DNA of 64,000 nt from IMG/VR virus record IMGVR_UViG_3300025122_000009, positions 1 through 64,000 of that record, one strand, 5' to 3'. The notes below the pieces were generated by a model, which was not told the origin of the DNA, made no database searches, and saw only the letters and a program-made list of their open reading frames with translations. The position numbers were made by a program, and so were the translations under genes. Below are positions 47,275 through 56,336 of this stretch, one piece after another; position 1 is the stretch's first letter, and every line of letters starts with the position of its first letter. This DNA is from a virus.

Positions 47275-48687
47275 ATGAAAGATAGAAAACCTCTTAACAA
47301 TAAAATTTTCACCCCTCAAGGGAAAAATGGCCTTAATGCGATTGCGTCCTATAAATTCCGGAAGTTTTACAAGGATAAGTATCTTCAAATGCACAAGCCA
47401 TTTGAAAAAGCTTTAATAGATTTGTGGTACGATAAACCCTTGTTTGGAAAAGTTAGTGCGGAGGGAGACGCCATTTTTCTTTCGGAAACAAATTTGAAGC
47501 AGCTTAGGGTGGAGGGAGACAAAACTCTTTTTGCGGTTGATTTTGTAGCCGATGCGTTTAGCGATCTGCAAACACACTTTGTGGAAGCTGCTTTTCAGAG
47601 AAGAATAAAAACAGAAGACACCCCCTATGTTTCCCTAGATCCTCAGATAGCATGGGCTCCAATTGGCAATATGTACCACAATTATTTGACCTCTATTTAT
47701 AAGAGTTTCGTGTCCAATTATATAACGTCCCGAGGCGCCGAAAGAAAAATAGGAAATTTTGACGCCTTTGTACAATTGTTTATTATGTTCTTGCGTGATG
47801 TAGGAGTAGATTTTCCCTTTACTCGAACAGGTTTTATATTATCTAACCGATGTCCCAATACGGTGTCTGGGTTGATGATTGATCTAGCGGGAGCAGCCCA
47901 TGGCGCCGACTTAAAAAAGGTAAATAGTTTTATAAAAGATCGCAATTTTAGATTTTTTCGTGATTCCGCTAAAAATTTTGGTTTTATGGTAGATCGGAAC
48001 GCCCCTTGGCGTTTGGTAGCAGATCTATCATCGCCCAAGATGCAGGAGTACATAGCACGCTATGGCTTGTGGGATAGTAGCAGCGATATGATAGATAAAT
48101 ATTATTATAAGTCTCATCGCTTGGATATAGAGACGATGAAGGCGTATTTGGTTGAGTTTTACAACTCTTTTGCCCTCGAACTCCCCTATACGGATTGCCC
48201 CACTCAGATTGTATCTTGGGATACGCCCGGGACAACCGGGAACAAAGAAAGAATTTCTCGAAGGAGAATTTTTAGACAAAAGGTGACACGACAGCAAGTA
48301 GATGCGGCTTACGGGCCTACATTTTGGCTGAAAACATATTTATTAATACGCATGTATGAAAGTGGCGCCGCAGTTACTTGGAGCCGGGATCGTTTTAAAA
48401 ATAAAACAAAGCAAGTGTTTGAATATTACAAAGTGTTTGACTTTGAGACCGCAATAGGGTATATTAATGATTGGGCGAAGAAAGAGATGAAACTCAATCT
48501 TGCTAAAATGCTAGCTACGGATAAGTCTTTAGGAGTATCGGCATCCGACATACAAAAAGCACAGGATCAATATCCACAGACAGGACCAAGCGTAAATGAC
48601 ATTATTTCAGGTTATCAAGAGCCAAAAGAGAAGCCAAAAGAAACCAACATCGGCAAATCTACTGTATTTGACCCCCCACTTGACTAA
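47275..48687 (+). CDS. Hypothetical protein
   Basis: 470-aa ORF with RBS; no motif recognised. Confidence 0.6.
   Translation: MKDRKPLNNKIFTPQGKNGLNAIASYKFRKFYKDKYLQMHKPFEKALIDLWYDKPLFGKVSAEGDAIFLSETNLKQLRVEGDKTLFAVDFVADAFSDLQTHFVEAAFQRRIKTEDTPYVSLDPQIAWAPIGNMYHNYLTSIYKSFVSNYITSRGAERKIGNFDAFVQLFIMFLRDVGVDFPFTRTGFILSNRCPNTVSGLMIDLAGAAHGADLKKVNSFIKDRNFRFFRDSAKNFGFMVDRNAPWRLVADLSSPKMQEYIARYGLWDSSSDMIDKYYYKSHRLDIETMKAYLVEFYNSFALELPYTDCPTQIVSWDTPGTTGNKERISRRRIFRQKVTRQQVDAAYGPTFWLKTYLLIRMYESGAAVTWSRDRFKNKTKQVFEYYKVFDFETAIGYINDWAKKEMKLNLAKMLATDKSLGVSASDIQKAQDQYPQTGPSVNDIISGYQEPKEKPKETNIGKSTVFDPPLD
48437..48465 (+). promoter_or_regulatory. Sigma70-like promoter upstream of the PolA-like gene
   Basis: TTGACT-17 nt-TATATT. 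Confidence 0.5.
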
Positions 48688-49804
48688 TACGGTACCTACT
48701 AGCGGTCGGACTTGGCGACATCACCCTTGTTTGGAGGAGGGCTCTTATGAATACGCTAACCTTTATTGCGAGGGCAAGACTTTAGATGAAGTGTGCCCTG
48801 CAGCGCTGCGTGACAAGTGGGAAATTCAAACTAAACGCTTGAAGGCTTTTTATCGCGCTTTTAGGGAGGCTAAGGTTGATCTGACAGAACATTGTTTTTA
48901 TGAGCAACTCCCTCCTGGTTTGTTAAAAGAATATTTGGAGTTGAAAAACCAGATTACTACTCACGTCTTTGATACTTATCCAAAACCTGCGAATTATGAT
49001 TTTTTGTTTGAGTTAACAAAAGTAGTAGAAGAAATAAAAGAAAGAAAAATAAATGTTGATCCTTCTATTTTAAAGAAGCGCTTTGCAGAATATAAAGTGC
49101 GCCAATTTTATAAAAAAATCTCCCACACCTATCCTTCCATTTCTTATAATATTTTTGGAACAAAAACAGGACGCCTTACTACCACCAAGGGTAGTTTTCC
49201 CATCTTAACGATAGATAAAAGTTATCGTTCTATAATCAGACCACAAAATGATTTTTTTGTCGAATTGGATTTCAACGCAGCGGAATTGAGGACGCTGCTT
49301 GCATTGGGAGAACACGAACAGCCGGTGGAGGATTTACACGACTGGAATGCGGAACATGTTTATCGGGGATTGTTATCCCGAGAGGAATCAAAGAAGAGAA
49401 TTTTTTCTTGGCTCTATAATCCTTCATCGAAAGATTATTTGTCGGCCCGGGCCTATGACAGAAAGAAAGTGCTTGAAAAATACTGGGATGGTAAAGTTGT
49501 AAGAACTCCTCTTGGGAGAGAGATCGATGCTGACCAGCACCACGCTCTCAACTATATTATTCAAAGTACCACGAGTGATTTATTTTTGGATAGAATGATA
49601 GCGGTACATAAATTTTTGGCAGACAGAAAATCCTTTATTTCTTTTTCAATACATGATAGCCTAGTAATTGATTTTGCTGAAAGCGAGCGCAACTTGATTT
49701 CCGACATTGCTCAAATTTTTTCGCAGACAATTTTTTCAGATTTTTTGACTAATGTTCGAGAAGGTCAAAATTATGGAGATATGGACGTAAGATGCAAACT
49801 GTAA
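48596..49804 (+). CDS. Short family A DNA polymerase-like protein
   Basis: TKTGRL, motif A ELDFNAAELR, motif B REESKKRIFSWLY, NYIIQST, motif C IHDSLVID; no exonuclease domain seen. Confidence 0.75.
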   Translation: MTLFQVIKSQKRSQKKPTSANLLYLTPHLTNTVPTSGRTWRHHPCLEEGSYEYANLYCEGKTLDEVCPAALRDKWEIQTKRLKAFYRAFREAKVDLTEHCFYEQLPPGLLKEYLELKNQITTHVFDTYPKPANYDFLFELTKVVEEIKERKINVDPSILKKRFAEYKVRQFYKKISHTYPSISYNIFGTKTGRLTTTKGSFPILTIDKSYRSIIRPQNDFFVELDFNAAELRTLLALGEHEQPVEDLHDWNAEHVYRGLLSREESKKRIFSWLYNPSSKDYLSARAYDRKKVLEKYWDGKVVRTPLGREIDADQHHALNYIIQSTTSDLFLDRMIAVHKFLADRKSFISFSIHDSLVIDFAESERNLISDIAQIFSQTIFSDFLTNVREGQNYGDMDVRCKL

Positions 49805-50658
49805 TTGGATTGGGCCAAGCCGGTTTTAATATCGCGACGGGTTTCGCGAAATACCCTCAGTATAATGTTTATACGCTGGATTCCGAGGCGCAGCACACTC
49901 CTAACCACTTTCTTCTTCCCAAGTGTGCGAACCATGAGGAGTACGAGTCGCGTACTCCAGATTTGTCAGGATACTTTAAAGAAATCCCAGAGGGGGAAGA
50001 GGTATTATTTATTATTGGGGGCGGAGGAACTGTAAGTGGTGCTTCTCTTGCGATTTTGCAGCAACTTCAAAAGTGCAAAATTCACCTCCTTTATATTAAG
50101 CCCGATATCTCTCTAGTGAGTGAACAAAGGATGAAGCAGGAACGTGTGGTCTTCAATATTCTCCAAGAATATGCGCGATCTAGTGTTTTTGAACGCATTA
50201 TTTTAATTGACAATATGGAACTAGATAGAATAGCGGGAGGGGCTCCGGTAATAGGATATTATAAGGAATTGAATAAAATTTTAATTTCTGCTCTTCACAT
50301 GATAAACGTCTTTACCCACTCTGAAGCTGTTATGAACACAATCGCCAAACCGCTTGAAATGACGCGCATTACAACGGTTGGCGTTCTAGATGTGGAAAAA
50401 AACGAAGAGAAGTTGTTTTTTCCCTTGACAGCGACTAGGGAAAAGAGTTATTATTATGCAGTGAACAACGAAACGTTAAAAACGGATCGCGAGCTATTTA
50501 AAACTATTACTGGACAACTGAAAGAAAAAATTATTGAGGATAAACTGAAAATCTCATACGGAATTTATTCAACTCAGTATAAAAAGAATTATGGTTTTTT
50601 AATCGCTCGAAGTTCTATGGTGCAAGGCATTATCTTAGAAAAAACCGAGGAGGAATAA
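49792..50658 (+). CDS. Tubulin/FtsZ-family GTPase (PhuZ-like)
   Basis: VIGLGQAGFNIA, GGGGTVSG (variant of GGGTGSG), ILIDN motifs. Confidence 0.75.
   Translation: MQTVIGLGQAGFNIATGFAKYPQYNVYTLDSEAQHTPNHFLLPKCANHEEYESRTPDLSGYFKEIPEGEEVLFIIGGGGTVSGASLAILQQLQKCKIHLLYIKPDISLVSEQRMKQERVVFNILQEYARSSVFERIILIDNMELDRIAGGAPVIGYYKELNKILISALHMINVFTHSEAVMNTIAKPLEMTRITTVGVLDVEKNEEKLFFPLTATREKSYYYAVNNETLKTDRELFKTITGQLKEKIIEDKLKISYGIYSTQYKKNYGFLIARSSMVQGIILEKTEEE
50425..50454 (+). promoter_or_regulatory. Sigma70-like promoter inside the tubulin gene
   Basis: TTGACA-18 nt-TATTAT. Confidence 0.45.
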
Positions 50659-50659
50659 T

Positions 50660-50923
50660 ATGTCTATTCGTATACGTGCGTATGTGGGAACATTTGAGAA
50701 AAAAAATGGCCAAGAGCGAGCTATGAAATTTGCTCGGCTGGAGGATTTACCAGAGGGGTTTGTGGAACAAAAAACTAAAGGGACTAACAAAACTCGCAAA
50801 CTCGTGGAGGGCAATGAATTGGTGTGGGATCTTGATGAGAAGAGTTTCCGCGTTTTTAATTGGAATACCGCGAAGGGGGATGTTTCACAAATCGAAAATT
50901 TTTCTCTTGACAGCCTAGACTAG
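50660..50923 (+). CDS. Small SH3-like hypothetical protein
   Basis: GTFEKKNGQERAM...LVWDLDEKSFRVFN; GAGGAGG RBS. Confidence 0.6.
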   Translation: MSIRIRAYVGTFEKKNGQERAMKFARLEDLPEGFVEQKTKGTNKTRKLVEGNELVWDLDEKSFRVFNWNTAKGDVSQIENFSLDSLD

Positions 50924-50935
50924 GTATGTTAATAT
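50907..50935 (+). promoter_or_regulatory. Sigma70-like promoter for ssb
   Basis: TTGACA-17 nt-TAATAT with TG extension. Confidence 0.6.
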
Positions 50936-50992
50936 TAGTGTCAGATGTTCAGAAAATTTGCTGGGCATACTCTAACTATAAGGAAAAAAATA

Positions 50993-51733
50993 ATGGGTAT
51001 TGATCTTAAGAAAATTAAAGCAAGAAAAATGGCGTTGGACAACAGAGGAGGTAACAGTAACTTTTGGCGTCCTCAAGATGGCGACCAAACCATTCGTATT
51101 GTACCAACTCCAGATGGAGATCCCTTCAAGGATTTCTTTTTTCATTATAACGTAGGCAAAAATTCGGGTTTTGTGTGCCCCAAAAAGAATTTTGGTGATG
51201 ACTGTCCTGTATGCGGATTTGCTACAAAGCTTTATAATGAAGGGACTGACGACAGCATCAAGATGGCAAAGTCTCTCTTTGCTCGTCAACGCTTCTTCTC
51301 TCCCGTAGTTGTGCGTGGTGAAGAGGCGGATGGGGTGCGCATTTGGGGTTATGGGAAGATGGCGTATGAGTCACTTCTTAACTTGGTGTTGAATCCTGAG
51401 TATGGCGATATCACCGATGCTGAAGAAGGCACCGATCTTATTCTTACGTATGGGAAGCCTCCCGGTGCTACCTTCCCACAGACAAAGCTCCAACCTCGGA
51501 GACAATCATCTCCGCTTTGTCAGGACGGTCCAGAAAAGTGTGCTGAAATGATGGAAAGCATTCCAGAATTTGAGGGGCTTTTTGAGCGCAAAACTACAGA
51601 ACAAGTGGGCGCGATGTTAGACGAGTTTTTGGCTGACGAAGATAGTGCTGAAGACAGTTCTGTAGAAACTTCTAAGTATAACGCCAAGGAAACATCATCA
51701 GTTGATGATGCTTTCAGCGAATTGCTTAGTTAG
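50993..51733 (+). CDS. Single-stranded DNA-binding protein (gp32-like)
   Basis: FWRP, IRIVP, CPKKNFGDDCPVC Zn site, DITD..EGTD, acidic C-terminus DDAFSELLS; likely start ATG 50993. Confidence 0.82.
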   Translation: MGIDLKKIKARKMALDNRGGNSNFWRPQDGDQTIRIVPTPDGDPFKDFFFHYNVGKNSGFVCPKKNFGDDCPVCGFATKLYNEGTDDSIKMAKSLFARQRFFSPVVVRGEEADGVRIWGYGKMAYESLLNLVLNPEYGDITDAEEGTDLILTYGKPPGATFPQTKLQPRRQSSPLCQDGPEKCAEMMESIPEFEGLFERKTTEQVGAMLDEFLADEDSAEDSSVETSKYNAKETSSVDDAFSELLS

Positions 51734-51801
51734 TAAATGCCCGCAGGGAGGCATGGGGTTACAGATGTCTCAACTTACATTAATCAATACGAGGAAGAAG
51801 A

Positions 51802-52911
51802 ATGGCAAAAGCAAAAAAAGCTGGCAAGCTTTCGATTGCGGACATGCGTAGTTTAATTAACCGAAAAGCCGGCATGCCGGTGGCTCACAATTTAAGCGAA
51901 GAAAATCCCACCCAAGTTGCCGATTGGATTCCAACAGGTTCGCGGTGGCTCGATTCTATTGTTTGTCGAGGTAAGCTGGCAGGAATTCCGGTGGGGAAAG
52001 TCTCCGAGATCGCTGGCCTCGAATCTACTGGGAAATCATACATGGCAGCTCAAGTCGCAGCAAATGCCCAGAAAATGGGTATCGATGTGATTTATTTTGA
52101 TTCCGAATCAGCGATTGATCCGAGCTTCTTGGAGCGCGCCGGTTGTGATTTGGATACTCTTCTTTATGTTCAGGCGCAATCTGTTGAATTTGTGCTAGAG
52201 ACTATTGAGGATCTGCTGGGCTCCAATGAAAACAGAATGCTGTTTATTTGGGATTCGTTGGCCTTAACCCCAGCTATTTCTGATATCGAGGGAGATTTTA
52301 ATCCTCTTTCATCAATGGCGGTCAAGGCTAGGATTTTGGCCAAGGGAATGTCTAAGTTGACCGTTCCTATTGCCAATACTCAATCAACTTTTTTGGTTCT
52401 CAACCAATTGAAAACCAACATCACCCGCAGCCCTTCTGAGGCAATGACCACACCTTATATGACTCCTGGTGGTAAGGCGATGATTTATTCTTATTCGCTG
52501 CGCGTGTGGCTGACAGGGCGTAAAGCCAAAGCGTCATATATCATCGATGATAAGGGATATCGCATCGGTTCCGAAGTGAAGGTTCGGTTGGAAAAGAGCC
52601 GATTTGGTACACAGGGAAGACAATGTAATTTTAAAATTTTGTGGGGTGAGGAAATTGGTGTTCAAGACGAGGAGAGTTGGTTTGAGGCCGTTAAAGGTTC
52701 TAAGCATTTGGCCTCATCGGGAGCGTGGTATACTCTTGCACATGCGGACGGCACCGAAGAAAAATTTCAACCTTCTAAGTGGCCTGAAAAAATTCAAGAT
52801 GAGAAGTTTAGGACCAGAATTTTAGAAATCATGGATGAAGAAGTGATTTTAAAATTTGACAAGCGGGAGGTAGACGCCGACCAGTTCTACAATTCTGAAG
52901 AAGCGGTCTAG
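51802..52911 (+). CDS. recA: RecA/UvsX recombinase
   Basis: WIPTGS, GLESTGKS Walker A, FDSE, IWDS, NQLK, TPGGKA motifs. Confidence 0.92.
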   Translation: MAKAKKAGKLSIADMRSLINRKAGMPVAHNLSEENPTQVADWIPTGSRWLDSIVCRGKLAGIPVGKVSEIAGLESTGKSYMAAQVAANAQKMGIDVIYFDSESAIDPSFLERAGCDLDTLLYVQAQSVEFVLETIEDLLGSNENRMLFIWDSLALTPAISDIEGDFNPLSSMAVKARILAKGMSKLTVPIANTQSTFLVLNQLKTNITRSPSEAMTTPYMTPGGKAMIYSYSLRVWLTGRKAKASYIIDDKGYRIGSEVKVRLEKSRFGTQGRQCNFKILWGEEIGVQDEESWFEAVKGSKHLASSGAWYTLAHADGTEEKFQPSKWPEKIQDEKFRTRILEIMDEEVILKFDKREVDADQFYNSEEAV

Positions 52912-52930
52912 TTACTTATAAGGAGATAGA

Positions 52931-53680
52931 ATGAGTCCACAATTTAGAAAGTATTATGCTATAACGGTCATGATTATTCTGGCACTATTGATCGTAGAAG
53001 CATTATGTTGCCAATGTGCGAACGCGAAAGAAAAGCTCACTTACGACATTAATGTTTTAAGTGCGAATGTGGCAAAGGCTGTTATGGTTTATAAGCCGGA
53101 TAAGCATGAGAACAAAGAAGTCCTAAAACTGTTTGGTACTTTGGAGACTAAAGAAAACTGGGCTAAGTTTTATTCTGTCCAACACAAGGTGGCATCTATC
53201 GTGCTGGAGGATGATTTTCCTATTTTATCCGAGATGCATCTTAACAAAAACAACAACAAAAAGCGCTATACCTTACATTTTGGACCTGAAGGGATTGCCG
53301 GCTCAAAGAAGGTAAAGGGTAAAAAAGAAAGAGCTATTATCCAACCCACCACTGTACCTACTCACGACTTATTAAGCTGGATAAATTATCTTAGGAATCA
53401 TGATTTGGAAGTTGGTAAACCTTTTAGGTTTAAAATATTTAGTGGCAATCATTTTTATATGGTGGAATGCTTCCCCGGCAAAGTAGAAGATGTATGGACT
53501 AAAATGGGAATCATCCCAGCACATAAAATAGATGCGTCTATCCAGGGCCTTGGAAGGAAGAAGAAGTTTAAGAAAGAGGTAAAGGCGTGGATTAGCGCAG
53601 ATAGAAAAAAATTACCATTAAAAATGATTTTTGGCTTGACTTTTGGTGAGATTAGGGTTATTCTATCTAACGTAGACTGA
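52931..53680 (+). CDS. Exported DUF3108-like protein
   Basis: N-terminal signal/TM; DLLSWINYLR and WISADRKKLPLKM...GEIRVIL resemble DUF3108. Confidence 0.55.
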   Translation: MSPQFRKYYAITVMIILALLIVEALCCQCANAKEKLTYDINVLSANVAKAVMVYKPDKHENKEVLKLFGTLETKENWAKFYSVQHKVASIVLEDDFPILSEMHLNKNNNKKRYTLHFGPEGIAGSKKVKGKKERAIIQPTTVPTHDLLSWINYLRNHDLEVGKPFRFKIFSGNHFYMVECFPGKVEDVWTKMGIIPAHKIDASIQGLGRKKKFKKEVKAWISADRKKLPLKMIFGLTFGEIRVILSNVD

Positions 53681-53705
53681 AATTTTTATTAAGGAGAGAG
53701 AGAAA

Positions 53706-55304
53706 ATGAAAAAAGCAATTATTACAATTTTGGGTCTGGCGATCCTCTTGGCTTTGGTAGCCACGATGCTCGATATCGCTAGCGCCGATGCATGCGAGCC
53801 TCAAAGCACTCAAGTGGCTCATTATGACCATGATGACTATGGGTATGATAATCATCACTATGACGATGATTACGGGGATAACAGCTATTACGATGATGGC
53901 TATAGTTCTGGTGATTATGCGTACACCAATACCAACTATGCTCGAAACCAGTATGTGCCGGTAATCGTTTACGATCATGTTTATGACTATCGACTTGGGC
54001 GATGGACGTGGGTTAACAGCCACACCAACATGATGAGTTGCCACCGCGCCGGAAAGATCGTATTGTCGGCTTATAACCGGGGCTTAAACGTCCACTATGA
54101 AGGGTATCGCGGATGCCCCACCCGTGTTACTTATAACACGTATCATCGGGCCACTCAGACATACTTGACCTATCCCGCATTTCATGTTTATTGGGGAACC
54201 ACCTTCAATTGGATGCATACTGCTTTTCACCACCATGGATCGCTGTATGCCCATCACTACAACCCGCACCAGATCTACCAGCAACCTTATACGATGAGAC
54301 ACCACCATCACTCACAGTATGCGCACTACACTAACAATCAGCACCATACGTGGAAAACGAAACAGTGGCACACAGGACACTGGAAGAAGAATAGTTATAA
54401 CAAGAAAGTGGTGGTTAACAAGATTGTCAATAACAATAACGTGACTGTTAACGTGAGCAAGCATTACCGATCTAGTGATTGGAAGAAAAATAAGAAGTCT
54501 TCTAAGAAAAACTGGAAGAAGAAGGGTGGCAAGAAGGGCCAACATTCTGATTTGAGAAAGAACGGTAAAATGGGATCTCAACATTATCGACAACAGGAGA
54601 ATCGCAAAAAGCGTGAGAACCAGTCGGCTTCTTCCCCTCGCGTCAATAATAATAAGAAGCGCTCTAACAACAAGGGTGTTAATAAGAACAAGAAGCGCCA
54701 GAACAATAATGGACAGGCCCATCGCGGCAACCATAGCGCCCACAACAACAAGCGCCATCACCGTCAAGGAAAAAACGTGCCGAAGCGAAGTGATTTCCGA
54801 AATGGTGCGAACAAGCGTAAAAGCATGCCTAAGCGTGGTAATGTTCAAAGGCGTGGGAACCAACGACCACAAAAGGCAAACGCCCAGCGTCCCTTTCAGC
54901 GGTCCCCGAAGCGTTCTGCCCGAGCCCCCCAGCGCAACCATCAAAAGCGGCAGGTTCAGCAGCAGCGCCCTCGTCAGAACAAGCGCGTGACACGTCCTTC
55001 TCAAAGGCAGACACAGCGCCCCCGCGTTTCTCAAAGGCAGACACAGCGCCCCCGCGTTTCTCAAAGGCAGACACAGCGCCCCCGCGTGACCCAACGGCGC
55101 ACCGCTCCGCAAAACCGGCAGGTTCAGCAGCAGCGCCGTACCCCTCGTCGCTCCAACGTGCATCAGGGTCGCACCGCTCCTCAAAAGCGACAAGTTGCCC
55201 CGTCTAAGAGAGGAAACTCTAAGCGACACGCCAGTGCGAGTCGTCCCCACAACTCCCGACGTAGTGCGCCCGCACGCCCTCAGAATCGTCGGTCTACTCG
55301 TTAA
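53706..55304 (+). CDS. Exported low-complexity protein (D/Y-rich, H-rich, then R/Q/N/K-rich tail)
   Basis: Signal peptide; AAGGAG RBS; strongly blocky composition. Confidence 0.65.
   Translation: MKKAIITILGLAILLALVATMLDIASADACEPQSTQVAHYDHDDYGYDNHHYDDDYGDNSYYDDGYSSGDYAYTNTNYARNQYVPVIVYDHVYDYRLGRWTWVNSHTNMMSCHRAGKIVLSAYNRGLNVHYEGYRGCPTRVTYNTYHRATQTYLTYPAFHVYWGTTFNWMHTAFHHHGSLYAHHYNPHQIYQQPYTMRHHHHSQYAHYTNNQHHTWKTKQWHTGHWKKNSYNKKVVVNKIVNNNNVTVNVSKHYRSSDWKKNKKSSKKNWKKKGGKKGQHSDLRKNGKMGSQHYRQQENRKKRENQSASSPRVNNNKKRSNNKGVNKNKKRQNNNGQAHRGNHSAHNNKRHHRQGKNVPKRSDFRNGANKRKSMPKRGNVQRRGNQRPQKANAQRPFQRSPKRSARAPQRNHQKRQVQQQRPRQNKRVTRPSQRQTQRPRVSQRQTQRPRVSQRQTQRPRVTQRRTAPQNRQVQQQRRTPRRSNVHQGRTAPQKRQVAPSKRGNSKRHASASRPHNSRRSAPARPQNRRSTR
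54998..55087 (+). repeat. Perfect 30-bp tandem repeat x3
   Basis: TTCTCAAAGGCAGACACAGCGCCCCCGCGT; encodes SQRQTQRPRV. Confidence 0.95.
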
Positions 55305-55320
55305 CTAATAAAATTTACTG

Positions 55321-55349
55321 TTGACTTTCCAACCCTCCTCGGTTATACT
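55321..55349 (+). promoter_or_regulatory. Sigma70-like promoter for the exonuclease-helicase-RNR operon
   Basis: TTGACT-17 nt-TATACT. Confidence 0.65.
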
Positions 55350-55363
55350 GGGGAGGGTTTTTT
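55331..55363 (+). terminator. Intrinsic terminator overlapping that promoter
   Basis: AACCCTCCTCGG-TTATA-CTGGGGAGGGTT then TTTT. Confidence 0.7.
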
Positions 55364-55376
55364 ACGTAGAGGAATT

Positions 55377-56336
55377 ATGAAAAGAGTAGTATTGATTGAT
55401 GCCCTAAACATGCTTTACAGGGCGTATATTGTGGACCCAAGCCTTTCTACCAACGGTTATCCAATCGGAGGAATTAAAGGCTTTCTTAAGATTTTACAGA
55501 AAATGGTGAGGGAAATGAAGCCAGACCGCGTTATTATCGCGTGGGATGGCATCGGTGGCTCAAAACGACGGAAATTGGTTCAAAAGGATTATAAAGCGGG
55601 AAGGAAGCCGATCCGGCTGAATCGGGACATTAGGAATATGTCCGAGAATGAAGAAATAGAGAATAAAATTTGGCAACAAACTCGTCTGACACAATATTTA
55701 AATGAGTTGCCTGTTATCCAAACCATGGTACCTCACATCGAGGCTGATGACATCATCGCGTATGCGGTTCAGATGAATTGTTTTAAGGGTTGGCAAAAGA
55801 TTATTATCTCTAGCGATAAGGACTTTATTCAGCTTTGTGATGACGAAACAGTGTTGTATAGGCCGATACAGAAGGTCTTTCTCAACAGCAAAAGGGTGGT
55901 GGAAGAGTACGGCATCCATCCGGCTAATTTCGCCCTCGCACGCGCCATTTCTGGTGATAAGAGTGATAATCTCAAGGGTGTTGGAGGCGTTGGGATGAAG
56001 ACAGTAGCCAAGAGATTCCCTTTTTTAAGCGAAGAAAAGACCCATTATATAAGCAGTCTTATCGACCATTGTGGGGAGATGAAAGAAGAAAAGGCAAAGG
56101 TTTATCAGACTATTCAGGAGAACGTGGACGTTATCGAACAGAATTATAAACTAATGCAGCTGTATTCCCCCAATATCCCAATTAACGGGAAACAAACTGT
56201 GCGGCATGCTATTGAAGATTTTGTGCCTGAATTTAATAAGACAGGCACGGTTAAGATGATGACTGAGGATGGCTTTGGAGCTTTTGACTGGTCATCCCTG
56301 TTCCAAAACATGAAACGTATCACGACGGAGAAATAA
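55377..56336 (+). CDS. 5'-3' exonuclease / flap endonuclease (T4 RNase H-like)
   Basis: LIDALN, AWDG, YKAGR, EADDIIA, SSDKDFIQL, GDKSDNLKGVGGVGMKT. Confidence 0.92.
   Translation: MKRVVLIDALNMLYRAYIVDPSLSTNGYPIGGIKGFLKILQKMVREMKPDRVIIAWDGIGGSKRRKLVQKDYKAGRKPIRLNRDIRNMSENEEIENKIWQQTRLTQYLNELPVIQTMVPHIEADDIIAYAVQMNCFKGWQKIIISSDKDFIQLCDDETVLYRPIQKVFLNSKRVVEEYGIHPANFALARAISGDKSDNLKGVGGVGMKTVAKRFPFLSEEKTHYISSLIDHCGEMKEEKAKVYQTIQENVDVIEQNYKLMQLYSPNIPINGKQTVRHAIEDFVPEFNKTGTVKMMTEDGFGAFDWSSLFQNMKRITTEK

Noticed and set aside
54998-55087. 30-bp repeats as a CRISPR array
   Set aside because: Repeats are directly adjacent with no spacers and stay in frame inside a CDS.
54312-55250. 312-aa minus-strand ORF
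   Set aside because: Antisense shadow of the low-complexity plus-strand gene; no RBS or motif; all credible genes are on +.
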